A program made the translations under genes and the position numbers. Below are positions 20,035-29,720 of a stretch of DNA of 64,000 bases, in pieces. The number at the start of each line of letters is the position of its first letter. Positions within the stretch are counted from its first letter, which is position 1. Below the pieces are notes generated by a model. That model did not search any database and was not told the origin of the DNA. It was given only the letters and a program-made list of their open reading frames with translations. Source of the DNA: an uncultured delta proteobacterium. Lineage in GTDB: Bacteria; Desulfobacterota; Binatia; UBA9968. The DNA is taken from positions 1,760,001 through 1,824,000 of the forward strand of contig CAVUVW010000013.1 in the NCBI GenBank assembly GCA_963745035.1, in the 5' to 3' direction.

Positions 20035-20073
20035 GGGGGAATTGCATGTTTTGAGAATTCTCAAAACGTCAAA
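20035..20073. repeat. Palindromic element, variant copy 6
   Basis: GTTTTGAGAATTCTCAAAAC (compensatory C>T and G>A). Confidence 0.85.
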
Positions 20074-20255
20074 GGGTCAATCCACCTTTGACGATGCGTC
20101 TATGACTCTCTCCAGCGTTTTGAGAAGCCCTTTCATTTCTCCTTTATGCTTGAGCCAGTCATTTTTAAGGCTAAAGGCGAAAGGATAAAGGATAAGCGGC
20201 TCTAAAAATGATAATGCCAAAAGTATAAAAGGATAAACACGACCTGCCGCCCGAA

Positions 20256-20621
20256 TTACCGCTTTTGACTTTGCGCTTTGGCTTTTATATTCCGAACAAT
20301 GCTTACAAAAATTCCTTTCAGCTCTCCCGTCTCTTTCATTATTGCAGCTAATCTTTCGCTAGCGACAAATCCAGAATCGGCGAGTAATTCCAACCAGTAT
20401 TCGCTTTCTTCCAGCTCCTGTAAACATCCTTCGATTTTGCTGATAAAGTCGGGGTTGGATTTGGCTCGCGACGCCTCGCGATACTGCGCACCGACCGAGG
20501 TGGCGGATCGCAACAGCTGTCGCCCCATGATCTGTGTTTCCGTTTTTTTCGGCAATTCGGCATAAAGCCGGATCACGGAAAGCGCGTAGTCCTTCGTTCT
20601 GCCCTTGAGATCGCTCTTCAT
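20256..20621 (-). CDS. Four-helix-bundle protein, subfamily B copy 1
   Basis: DLKGRTKDYALSVIRL...QLLRSATSVGAQYREA.RAKS..DFISK...ELEESEYWLELL; AAGGATA tract 20167-20236 and TATCCTT tract 20638-20668. Confidence 0.92.
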   Translation of the reverse strand: MKSDLKGRTKDYALSVIRLYAELPKKTETQIMGRQLLRSATSVGAQYREASRAKSNPDFISKIEGCLQELEESEYWLELLADSGFVASERLAAIMKETGELKGIFVSIVRNIKAKAQSQKR

Positions 20622-20780
20622 AAAAGGATAAGGCCCTCATCCTTTATCCTTTCGCCCTTATCCTTTTCAAATGCTGATACACGATCGGATTGCCGAGCAA
20701 GCGACAGAGCCGCGACTCCCGATAGCGCTTCTCGTCCATGGCCGGCGATCTAATCCCCACCCCATTCCCCTGTCAAGACG

Positions 20781-20822
20781 CACGTTTTGAGAATTCTCAA
20801 AAGGTCAAAATGGGAAGTCAGG
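20781..20822. repeat. Palindromic element, variant copy 7
   Basis: cacgttttgagaattctcaaaaggtcaaaatgggaagtcagg; a left half-site follows at 20882-20896. Confidence 0.83.
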
Positions 20823-21077
20823 CAAGCGGCGACAGTAGGAAGCGCCGGTTCAATGTTCAAGAGTTCAAGGTCAGATTCGGAGGGGAACTTCCACGTCGGA
20901 AGCTCGAACAAAGGCCGCGCATGATTTCTATATTCACTCGGATCGCGCGTTCACTATCGAGCGGCGTCGAATTGTCGAAACGCTGGAAGGACTTTTTGAT
21001 TGCTGCTCGGAGATACCGTCTTAGGGCGAGGAGGGGAGCATGAAGACTCCCCTCCTGCTGTTATTACGGACGGGCGA

Positions 21078-21497
21078 TTACTTCTTTTCTTTGGTCGTCG
21101 GTTCTTTGCTCATGGGTTCCGTCTTCTCTTTCTTCGTTTCCGTGCCCATGGCCGTCGTTTTGCCGACTCCGAGCTTCCCGGCTGTCTGGTTATCCAATTG
21201 TCCGGTCGCCTTCAGGCCGCTCGCCTGTTGGAATTCTTTCAGCGCCGCCCGGGTTTTGGGGCCCATTCTGCCGTCGATCGGCCCGGGATCGTTGCCCTTG
21301 GCCTTCAAAGCCTCTTGAACCTCTCTGTAGTCTGTCCTGCCGGTCGTCATCTTTCCCATCTCCGGCTTCTTGTCCATTTCCCCCATCTTTTCCGCTTTAG
21401 CCGGCGGCGCTTGCTTTTCCTCGGCCGCTCTCGCGGATACACCCAAGGTCAACAAAAGCGCGCTAGCCAATACGGTTCTACCAATTGCAGTAAACAT
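21078..21497 (-). CDS. Secreted peptidoglycan-binding domain protein
   Basis: Signal peptide; VQEALKAKG.DPGPIDGRMGPKTRAALKEFQ...GL..TGQLD. Confidence 0.88.
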   Translation of the reverse strand: MFTAIGRTVLASALLLTLGVSARAAEEKQAPPAKAEKMGEMDKKPEMGKMTTGRTDYREVQEALKAKGNDPGPIDGRMGPKTRAALKEFQQASGLKATGQLDNQTAGKLGVGKTTAMGTETKKEKTEPMSKEPTTKEKK

Positions 21498-21580
21498 AGA
21501 TTCGTCCTCCTTTTACCTGCGGTCCAATCTAATGATCCGCGGCTGAGTTGGTTGTCTAATAGTGGACCGTGTTGAAAAGA

Positions 21581-21622
21581 AATTTAGACCTGAGGCGCCG
21601 ATTCGGCGCCTCAGGTCTAATT
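21581..21622. terminator. Strong hairpin, probable terminator of 21644-22201
   Basis: ttagacctgaggcgccg-att-cggcgcctcaggtctaa. Confidence 0.7.
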
Positions 21623-21643
21623 AGGCTCTAGGAAATCTCGCGT

Positions 21644-22201
21644 CTAACTGGGATTGACGGCGAGCTGGGAAATCTTCAACGCGACGCCAAGCGGCAAGGG
21701 ATTATCGCCGGTGCTCAGAGCCGTGCCCAATCTTTCGATCTCCCACGACGAAACCTTTTCAGCGGCCGGCGCTTCGGTTACGGCGGCCTGCAACTTATCG
21801 GCCTGGGGCAGTTTGATCAGGTATTTGACGTTGTTCCCGTCGCTGAGTGTCACCGAGAGAACCATCTGTTTGCCTTCTTCGGTCGCCAAGGTTTGCAACC
21901 CGGCAATGCGACTTGAAAGGCTGGTCTTGCTCACGGTATCGGCGTAGAGCCAGATGAAGGCGCCGACAAAGGAAGCCATCACCAGCCAGCCGTACTGGCC
22001 GACCCGTTTTTGGCGCTTTATCGACCGGCTTCTCTGTTGATCGAAGAATTTGCGGTAGGATTCTTTTTCCGCCGTCACTTTCTTGACTGGATCCTGATCC
22101 GTGGAACTCGGCGGTTGATTGAAACCGAGGTCCAAGCTGTTCAGTATCATGCCCAGGATCACCAACCCTAGCGGAATGGCGATTAAAAATAGAGGATTCA
22201 T
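21644..22201 (-). CDS. Hypothetical membrane protein (two TM segments)
   Basis: 185-aa ORF with AAGGAG RBS and two hydrophobic stretches. Confidence 0.7.
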   Translation of the reverse strand: MNPLFLIAIPLGLVILGMILNSLDLGFNQPPSSTDQDPVKKVTAEKESYRKFFDQQRSRSIKRQKRVGQYGWLVMASFVGAFIWLYADTVSKTSLSSRIAGLQTLATEEGKQMVLSVTLSDGNNVKYLIKLPQADKLQAAVTEAPAAEKVSSWEIERLGTALSTGDNPLPLGVALKISQLAVNPS

Positions 22202-22702
22202 AATTCTCCTTTTGCAGGCTTTTTATAGCCTTTGGATATTGGAAGAGGAGTCTGATCCGGGCATACGTTCGTTTGTCGAACCCGAACGGGAAGTCATTGC
22301 CACCGTTGGTTATGTCGTGTCGACGGGTCTTTACCTCTTGCGCGCCATTACAGCTCTCGCGTTTAGCATAAGATAACCATCCGCGGCGGGAATAAATGTC
22401 TAATAGTGGACAAGTCGAAAAGAAATAAAAAGTAGGCGTGAGGGTGAGCAACCGATGAAGCGAACCCGTTCAAATCGTTCAAGCCGTTCAACCGCTACGC
22501 TCCGTTCAAGACGTAACGGACTAATGCCGGTTCAACGGTTCAATCGTTCAAAAGTTCAACGTCGATCAGGCAATAGGCAACGGGCAACAGTAAAGAGAAG
22601 GCCTTCAACCGGTCCCCGGAACCTGCGCCTGAGTCCAATCAAAGGGTTCAAACCGTTCCGGGTTAGCACCCGCGCTCAAGGTCCGACGTTCCAATTCTCC
22701 CA

Positions 22703-22745
22703 GGGGGAACTTCCACGTTTCGAGAATTCTCGAAACGTCGAAATG
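22703..22745. repeat. Conserved palindromic element, copy 8
   Basis: gggggaacttccACGTTTCGAGAATTCTCGAAACGTcgaaatg; ORF6N stop at 22754. Confidence 0.93.
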
Positions 22746-22753
22746 ACAACGGG

Positions 22754-23290
22754 CTAGCGGCCGCCGTAGGCGGCGCCTTTTTCTTCTACTAGAAATCCGA
22801 TTTTTCTCTTCTTCGGCTGCGGCGGCGTCATGAGTTGGCGGATCGCGTCAAACACAACCTTGAACTGAGCGTCGTATTTTTTCTCCAGGTCAGCCAACTT
22901 CCGGGCGAGCTGGCTATTCGACGCCAGCATCTGCCGGAGCCGAACGAAGGCGCGCATAATCTCGATATTCACCTGTATTGCACGTCGACTGTTCAGCACT
23001 GACGAAAGCATCGCGACGCCTTGCTCGGTGAAGGCATACGGCGCGTATCGCCTACCTCCGCGACCCTTGTTTGAGGTCGCAAATTGCGACCTCAAAGAGG
23101 CGACTTCTTCTGCGGTCAGCTGAAACATGAAATCTTCTGGAAACCGGGCTCGGTTACGCCTGACCTGCTCGTTGAGCCGCTTGGTCGTCACACCATATAG
23201 GGCAGCGAGATGAACATCGATCAAGACCTTATGACCACGAATCAGCAAAATCGATCGTTCGATGCTCTTAGTCGGAGATGTTGTTGCCAT
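22754..23290 (-). CDS. ORF6N (KilA-N-like) domain DNA-binding protein
   Basis: [35 protein letters not shown]...[18 protein letters not shown]. Confidence 0.92.
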   Translation of the reverse strand: MATTSPTKSIERSILLIRGHKVLIDVHLAALYGVTTKRLNEQVRRNRARFPEDFMFQLTAEEVASLRSQFATSNKGRGGRRYAPYAFTEQGVAMLSSVLNSRRAIQVNIEIMRAFVRLRQMLASNSQLARKLADLEKKYDAQFKVVFDAIRQLMTPPQPKKRKIGFLVEEKGAAYGGR

Positions 23291-23435
23291 TTGGACTCAC
23301 TCCATTTGACAAGTCCGGTGAAACGTCAGCGGATCTTATGGGATGGCCGGGTTTGGGACAAGAGGGACGCGAGGGCAGAAGAGACGTGGTCGTGGGGTTT
23401 ACTTAAGGATAAAGGCAAAGGGATAAAGGATAAGT

Positions 23436-23801
23436 TTAACATTTCGAAATTCTTGACTTGGCTTTGGTGTTTACGACGATGCTAACGAATATACCTTCAG
23501 TTCACCGGTTTCTTTTTTAACGGCGGCCAATCTTTCTTCTGGAACAAATCCGGAATCGCCGAGCAATTCCAACCAGTATTCGCTCTCTTCTAATTCCTGC
23601 AATGAGCCTTCGATCTTGCTGATAAAATCGGCGTTGGACTTGGCTCGTGACGCTTCGCGATACTGCGCGCCGACCGAGGTGCCGGATCGTAAGAGCTGTC
23701 GTCCCATGATCTGCGCCTCTGTTCTCTTTCGGCAATTCGGCAAAAAGCCGGATGACCGAAAGTGCATAATCCTTCGTCCTGATTTTCAAGGCGCTATTCA
23801 T
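23436..23801 (-). pseudogene. Four-helix-bundle protein, subfamily B copy 2 (compensating frameshifts, possibly errors)
   Basis: MNSALKIRTKDYALSVIRL + QLLRSGTSVGAQYREA...; AAGGATA tract 23405-23434, TATCCTT tracts 23816-23902. Confidence 0.85.
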
Positions 23802-24015
23802 TATCGCCGTTTGAGCATCCCTTATCCTTTATAATTTCTCCTTTAAAATGGTTCGCCATCGCCGTCGGGGCTTATCCTTTATCCTTCAGCCTTTATCCTT
23901 TCAACTTGTGCCGTGTTCGTGTTCGTGTCGGATAGCTACCGTGAACGTGATTCGAGTCGATGGCGGCTCTGGCAAAACAGCCGTTCAAAACGTCCGAGGA
24001 GTAAAACCAGGACAA

Positions 24016-24058
24016 GGGAACTTCCACGTTTCGGGAATTCTCAAACGAAACGTCGAAA
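24016..24058. repeat. Palindromic element, copy 9 (4-nt insertion)
   Basis: gggaacttccacgtttcgggaattctcaaacgaaacgtcgaaa; antitoxin stop at 24067. Confidence 0.85.
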
Positions 24059-24066
24059 GGTCGCGC

Positions 24067-24294
24067 TCACGCCGCGGTGTACTGACGGACTTCGACCTGA
24101 ATTCCTAACTGGGCGGCTTCAGCCGCGGATCTGAGAAGGCTGGCTGTAATGTTTTCATCAACGTATTCTTCACCGCAATTTGCGCAGACCCGAGCTGGAA
24201 CACCCTTGAAGACCAAAGTGGCTCCGTCTTTGTCCAACGTCACGGTCGCCGTCCCAGCCTTTGTTTCGCCCTTCTTGCAAATCACGCATTTCAT
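24067..24294 (-). CDS. YgiT/MqsA-type zinc-finger antitoxin-like protein
   Basis: MKCVICKKG...VPARVCANCGEEY. Confidence 0.88.
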   Translation of the reverse strand: MKCVICKKGETKAGTATVTLDKDGATLVFKGVPARVCANCGEEYVDENITASLLRSAAEAAQLGIQVEVRQYTAA

Positions 24295-24578
24295 CAAGTC
24301 TTTCTCCTTTTAAAATCCGGTTCCCATTCCTCCGGATCCGGCTCATAGACGGTAATGACGATATTTTCCTGATCATCCAGATTATCAGCGAGGACGACGT
24401 GAATCGGTCGGCGGCCGTTCCATCCGAGAACTAGACGACTCGGATATGGCGTGTCATCAGGATAATCTTCCACCGTTTCTCCCGTAACAATAACATGTCG
24501 AACTTCGGTCTCCGTTATAGTGCGCTGATACATACGTTGAATGGCGTGGACTCGAAAGACCAATCGGTTAAATACCAC
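24294..24578 (-). CDS. DUF4258 putative toxin
   Basis: HAIQRMYQR.I...EDYPDDTPYPSRLVLG...PIHVV...VITVYEPDP. Confidence 0.88.
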   Translation of the reverse strand: MVFNRLVFRVHAIQRMYQRTITETEVRHVIVTGETVEDYPDDTPYPSRLVLGWNGRRPIHVVLADNLDDQENIVITVYEPDPEEWEPDFKRRKT

Positions 24579-24822
24579 GCAAGAACCTCACCTGTTTCCA
24601 TGATTCGTGAGCAGACCGTGACATAGGAGCCCACGGTCTGGATTCGAGTTCATCAAGCCACGTCTCGCGAGCAACGCGAAGGCGGGATGATTTCACCCCA
24701 TAACGATATTCGCCTAACACGATAACGGGCAGATGGATATCGGTGGCTGATTGCTGAAGACAATTGAGCAAGCGTTGGTTTGCGTCGGCAAAATCGGAAA
24801 CAGCGTTGGTATCGAGGATCAC
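24568..24822 (-). pseudogene. PIN/VapC toxin, C-terminally truncated
   Basis: ILDTNAVS...LPVIVLGEYRYG; the second half of the PIN domain is absent. Confidence 0.75.
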
Positions 24823-25085
24823 TTCCACTCCCGGGGATCGATCCTCTCAAATTCCTCATCAATTATTTTTTGGATGCTGCGCGTGTCCGTACGCATGTCC
24901 TCCGATTTAGCGAAAGCTCCATAAAGTTTCATCCATCGAGGCTCGCCCTTCTCTAGCTCTTCGTCGCGACCAATTTTGTCCTCAATGGCTTCAGCAACGA
25001 GTTGTTCTAAGCTAAGGCCCTTCGCGGCCGCCAGGGTTTTGGCACGTTTCAGCGTCTTTTCGGATATCTCGACTGTTGTCTTCAT
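24819..25085 (-). CDS. VapB-like RHH antitoxin
   Basis: MKTTVEISEKTLKRAK..AA..G.SL. Confidence 0.78.
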   Translation of the reverse strand: MKTTVEISEKTLKRAKTLAAAKGLSLEQLVAEAIEDKIGRDEELEKGEPRWMKLYGAFAKSEDMRTDTRSIQKIIDEEFERIDPREWK

Positions 25086-25226
25086 AGATCTTACTCCCAC
25101 ATGACTGAGTCTACTGGATTCGGCGGGTTTCGGGCAAGAGCGTTCTTAAAGGATAAGGGCAAACGGATAAAGGATAAACCGAGAGAAGGGAAAGGGGACC
25201 GGAAAAAATAAGCTCTGAGACCAATC

Positions 25227-25368
25227 TCAAAGTTTAGTTTTCGCAATCCTTGATTTCGCCTTCGTGTTCCTGACGATGGCGACGAAGATTCCTTTTAGTT
25301 CACCGGTTTCTTTTTTAATCGTGCTCAATTTTTCTTGTGGAACGAATCCGGAATCGCCGAGCAGTTCG
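25227..25368 (-). pseudogene. 3'-end-only fragment of four-helix-bundle subfamily B
   Basis: Nearly identical to 27185-27322; AAGGATA tract downstream (25148-25200). Confidence 0.85.
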
Positions 25369-25413
25369 TAGACCGGCTTAACGGGTTCAAGAGTTCAAAG
25401 GCGGATTCTCGGA

Positions 25414-25466
25414 GGGGAAACTTGCACGTTTCGGGAATTCTCGAAACGTGGAAATGTGAAGTCAGG
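25414..25466. repeat. Palindromic element, copy 10
   Basis: ggggaaacttgcacgtttcgggaattctcgaaacgtggaaatgtgaagtcagg, followed by an AGGCAA tract. Confidence 0.9.
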
Positions 25467-25524
25467 CACGAGGCGTAAGGCAACAGGCAACAGTACCGAA
25501 ACTGCGAACTTGAGGGTAGCCCTC

Positions 25525-25715
25525 CTATTTTGGATCTGGGATACCGAGTTGGCGGCAAATCTTGCGTGCTAGAAAATTGGCGATCTCCGTATGTCTTGGA
25601 ACGGTTGTAACGCGGCGCGGATCGGCAAGATTGACGTACTTGCTGTGCTTTGCCCCTTCGTCGGCGAGAACGCATCCGAACCGCTCAAGTGTCGGATGAA
25701 CTCGCGTCGTTTCAC
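25525..25715 (-). CDS. HicA-family toxin (1-nt deletion, probably an error)
   Basis: MKRREFIRHL...EGAKHSKY...TTVPRHTEI...LARKICRQLGIP. Confidence 0.78.
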
Positions 25716-25916
25716 TTACACCTCGAGTTGCTCGATCACGATTTTGTTTTTGGGTAGCTTAGATAGATCCAGTGGCTCGCGTATCATCCGCACCGCATCG
25801 ATGAGATTCTCACGTGCCTCTTCCAGCGTCACCCCCTGTGTCAACGCACCGGGAACATCATCGGTCCATGCCACCCACCATTTACCGTCTTGCACAAAAC
25901 TCGCCTGAATCTTCAT
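25716..25916 (-). CDS. HicB-family antitoxin
   Basis: WWVAW..DVPGALTQG.TLEEARENLIDA. Confidence 0.88.
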   Translation of the reverse strand: MKIQASFVQDGKWWVAWTDDVPGALTQGVTLEEARENLIDAVRMIREPLDLSKLPKNKIVIEQLEV

Positions 25917-26131
25917 AAAAGCAATCTCCTATCGGCACTAATTTTACGCGAAACAGCAGGGCGATGCCAATCGTCGGAGGGAGAATGTTACAAACGAAAA
26001 GCGGTTCCAAGGGTTCCACTCGTTTCCAGACGTTCCAATCGTTCCGGAGCAACGCACTTCAAGAGTTCAAGGTCGAGAATTGCCCGGTCATAACGCAAGA
26101 AAACAGCCGTGATCGTGATTCGTGATCGTGT

Positions 26132-26168
26132 CTACCGGTTAAGAGTCTGCGACAGCCTGGAGAGCATC
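26132..26168 (-). pseudogene. Very short 3' remnant of four-helix-bundle subfamily A
   Basis: MLSRLSQTLNR* with an adjacent CGTG tract 26108-26130. Confidence 0.7.
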
Positions 26169-26354
26169 TTTCAAAGGATAAAGGCAAACGGATAAAGGAT
26201 GAGGGATAAAAACCGTGAGCGTGGGGGGAAAGGCCGTGTTCGTGGATCGTGGGCGCGCTGGAGCAGTCTAAGCGGTTCGTGGCCGACCGTTACTGTTAAA
26301 GACAGAGAACTCATGCGCGGAAAACGGCGTTGATCAGTGCCAGCCCTTCCCGTC

Positions 26355-26383
26355 ATTCTCGAAACGTCGAAATGTGAAGTCAG
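26355..26383. repeat. Right half of the palindromic element; start of the duplicated TA cassette
   Basis: attctcgaaacgtcgaaatgtgaagtcag; 26355-26982 is nearly identical to 14404-15031. Confidence 0.85.
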
Positions 26384-26450
26384 ACACGAGGTGGGAGGCA
26401 GCAGGCGCGAGCCAGGAACAATACTCGGGAAGGAACCTTGAACTGGACCT

Positions 26451-26705
26451 TTACCTGTAGACTTCCCGCCGATGTCTTACACGAAAAATTCTCACACGCC
26501 TGCGCGCATCATCGATATCGTAGACGACTCGATAATCTCCGATTCGGAGGCGCCAATCATTTCGCGAGCCGGTTAACTTGTGGCAACCGGGTGGGCGTGG
26601 ATTTTCGGCGAGGGCGTTTATGCGGGAAACGATACGATTGAAGATAGTGTGAGGCAGCGCTCGAAGATCGCGTTCAGCAATCCGCTCAATTAGAATCTCA
26701 TACAC
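26451..26705 (-). CDS. RelE/ParE-family toxin (duplicate of 14500-14754)
   Basis: 2 aa differences from the first copy. Confidence 0.92.
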   Translation of the reverse strand: MYEILIERIAERDLRALPHTIFNRIVSRINALAENPRPPGCHKLTGSRNDWRLRIGDYRVVYDIDDARRRVRIFRVRHRREVYR

Positions 26706-26904
26706 CCGCAGTGTCCTTCACAAAGTCGGCAAACTTGCGAAATTTGAGCGGCCTTTTCCTCATTTCCTTGAGCGTCTTGAGGTCCTCCGCATCCTCCGCG
26801 CGCTCGAGCAACTCGCGATACTCCTCAATACCGAGAATGACGGCGGTCGGCCTTCCTCTACGCATTACGATTTCGGGGTCCCTTCTTTTTCGCCTTGCTT
26901 TCAT
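26698..26904 (-). CDS. Phd/YefM-like antitoxin (duplicate)
   Basis: 2 aa differences from the first copy. Confidence 0.8.
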   Translation of the reverse strand: MKARRKRRDPEIVMRRGRPTAVILGIEEYRELLERAEDAEDLKTLKEMRKRPLKFRKFADFVKDTAGV

Positions 26905-27388
26905 GGTTTTCACCTTGTCTGTTTGGACGACAATATCATCCCCAAAAAGTCCCTTCAAATGGACGCCGTGACGCGCGACTCGAGACGTTTACTTAAGGAT
27001 AAAGGCAAAGGGATAAAGGATAAAAACAAAAAGACGTGAGCGTGGGGAAAGGCCGTGTTCGTGATCGAGGATGTGCTAGAGGAGCAAGCGATGATAGAGC
27101 GCGAAAAGGATAAAGGACTACGACAACCTGAGAGCAAGGGCAAAGGGACCAAGGGCAAAGGGATAAAGGCTCTGAGAGCCAATCTCAAAGTTTAGTTTTC
27201 GCAATCCTTGATTTCGCCTTCGGTGTTCCTGACGATGGCGACGAAGATTCCTTTTAGTTCACCGGTTTCTTTTTTAATCGTGCTCAATTTTTCTTGTGGA
27301 ACGAATCCGGAATCGCCGAGCAATTCCAACCAGTACTCGCTCTCTTCTAATTCCTGCAATGAGCCTTCGATCTTGCTGATGAAATCGG

Positions 27389-29429
27389 GTAGAGTAGAGA
27401 ACAGGCGCAGCATTATTTAGGTTGACCCTTGGCCGTATCCGTCGTTTCCAACTTCGTGCCCGTTTAGGATCTCCGTGAAACACAGTCCTGTTCCCCCTCA
27501 TCAAACCGTACTTGCAGTTCTCCCGCATACGGCTTTCCGATCATCTTCACTTCAAGGCATTGCGAGTTGACCGATATCGGGCATGTACTGTGGGATCGTG
27601 ACCATTCCAAACTCTTTATAGAGCCGGGACGCTGGCCACTGGCTCGATCGAAACCCTTTGATCTGTCGTCGCCCCCGCAGGTACTTGAGCATTCGCCGCT
27701 CCAGAAAATATCGCTGCCGGGTAAACACCGCGTGCTGTTATGCAGGTGGAAGTAATTTACCCACCCCGCGACATACCGATTGACCCGATCCATCACCTCT
27801 TGTTGGGGAAGGCAATGGGTCCAGCGCGCCGTCAGCGCTCGCACTTCGTCTCGAAAGCGCCGCTCGGACTTTTGCGCGATGGTTGCGTCAACGTGATCAT
27901 CCGACTGCTCTTGTAGACTGATTCTGCGAGTAAAAGCTAAATCCCAGAAAATCAAAGCTCCCATACGAGCATCGACCATCCGAGTCTTGTTCGTCGTTCA
28001 ACTTTAGCTCCATTCGCTCGATTATCTGCCTGCACTTTCTTGCACCGTCGCTTCGATTCTGCCGCGCATCAGGATGACAAAGTCATCGGCATATCGCACC
28101 AGCTGCGCTGTCGAGCCCGTGCTACGACAATACGATCGGAACATCCGGTCAAATAGATGCAGGTAAATATTGGCAAGTAGACGGGGAGATCACTCCGCCT
28201 TGAGGCGTGCCCCGCTCGGGTCGGTTTGACTGCGCCGCTTCCCTTCCTCGTCTTCTTCCACCACTGCCGCACTGAGCCACTGCTTGATCCAATGCAAAAT
28301 GTGCCGGTCGTTGATTCGTGTGGCAATCAGCTTCATGAACTTATCGTGGGCAATGCGTGTCGAAGTACTGCTGAAGGTCAGCGTCTAACACATACGGATG
28401 ACGCACGGTAGAGCGCCTACCCGGATAGCACCGACAGCTTGATGAGCGTCTCTTCTTCGGACGAAATCCAAAACTGCAATCCTCGAAGTCCGCCTCAAAG
28501 ATCGGCTCAATGACGATCTTCACCGCCATCTGTGCTACTCGGTCTCCGAATGGTCGGTATCCCAACGGCCTCTTTCTTCCATCGGCCTTCGGGAATAAAG
28601 ACCCGGCGTACGGCTTGCGCTCGGTAGGTCTTTTCTTTTAGTTCCTGTTGAAGCGTCAATAGAAACTTCGCTTCGCCTTCGCCAGTCTCGATAGACTGAA
28701 AAGTTACCCCGTCGATCCCGGGGCTCCGCCATTGGCTCGAACCAAGCGATAGGCGTGCTGCGATAATATCCTCACGCCATACTTTGTCCGGCAATAGATA
28801 AAAGCGAAACTTGGGCTCTCTCTTGACCTTGAGATACAGTTTGCGCTGGAGGTCTCGAATCTTCTCAGGTGTTTGTAGCCTCACGGCAATCACCTTCTCC
28901 TTTCCTCGTTAACAAACTTAATGAAAGCAGGGCGCCTTCCCTCCATCCGGCATTGCCCGATTTCTTAGGTACTACTCGCCCCTCCGACTTCTCGCTTGCC
29001 TGAACTCGGTTTTCGTTTGCCCTTATACCGAGTCCATCGCAGCCATCACCCGCGACAAACGAGATCTCCTGCGTTACCCAGCAACAGCTTCTCTCACATC
29101 CCGTCCCGACGACCCCGGAGAGTTCATCTGATGCTTCTTCGGTTAGCTTCACAGATGACTGCGGCCTTCCCCATCTGACAACAGGGTCGGCACTCTCGAT
29201 TTGCAAGTGACGAGGCTCTGTATGGGTTCCTGATTAGTACGGTCTGTGAGTTTGCGATTCTCCGCTGCTGTTCTCTGATCATTTGCCTCCTTTCTCTTTG
29301 ATTCGGAGTTTTCTCGATCCGCTTAGTCTCAAGAGTCGCCTCTCAAAACCGGTTCTTCGCTAACGGGGTGAACCGTTAATTCCCCGCACCGGACTTTAAC
29401 CGGTTAGCTGCTCTGCTTCCGCGGCGCAC
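27389..29429 (-). mobile_element. Group II intron
   Basis: 5' GTGCG; domain V AAGCCGTATGCGGGAGAACTGCAAGTACGGTTTG (~27502-27535); 3' ...CTCTACTCTAC; internal RT ORF. Confidence 0.92.
27547..28893 (-). pseudogene. ltrA: Group II intron reverse transcriptase/maturase (many frameshifts; no HNH domain seen)
   Basis: [62 protein letters not shown]. Confidence 0.88.
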
Positions 29430-29597
29430 GTCAGACTTGCCCCGCGATGCCTCGCGATACTGCGCGCCGACCGAGGTGCCGGATCGCAAGAGCTGACGCC
29501 CCATAACCTGCGCTTCTGTTCTTTTCGGTAATTCGGCAAAGAGCCGGATGACCGAAAGTGCATACTCTTTGGTTCTGACTCTTCAGATCGCGATTCA

Positions 29598-29703
29598 TAA
29601 AGGATAGGGCAAAGGGATAAAGGATAAGTTTACCGCAAATCAGCGCGTCACAAGGCTAAGCGTGAGCGGATTTTATCCTTTATCCTTCATCCCTTATCCT
29701 TTC
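29598..29703. repeat. Inverted pair of AAGGATA/TATCCTT tracts upstream of the split B gene
   Basis: aaaggatagggcaaagggataaaggataag...ttttatcctttatccttcatcccttatccttt. Confidence 0.8.
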
Positions 29704-29720
29704 AAGGAAGACCAGGTTTT

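Larger units (their letters stand above)
27185..29598 (-). pseudogene. Four-helix-bundle subfamily B gene split by a group II intron (exons 29430-29598 and 27185-27388)
   Basis: 5' exon MNRDLK...QYREASR.KSD, 3' exon DFISKIEGSLQELEESEYW. Confidence 0.85.

Noticed and set aside
14122-25675. Short ORFs containing LPRFENSRNV or FHVSRILETSK
   Set aside because: They are translations of the palindromic element and repeat tracts, not independent genes.
13789-29429. Diversity-generating retroelement (Avd + RT + TR/VR)
   Set aside because: Differences between four-helix tails are mostly synonymous and not adenine-specific, and the RT lies inside a group II intron with domain V.
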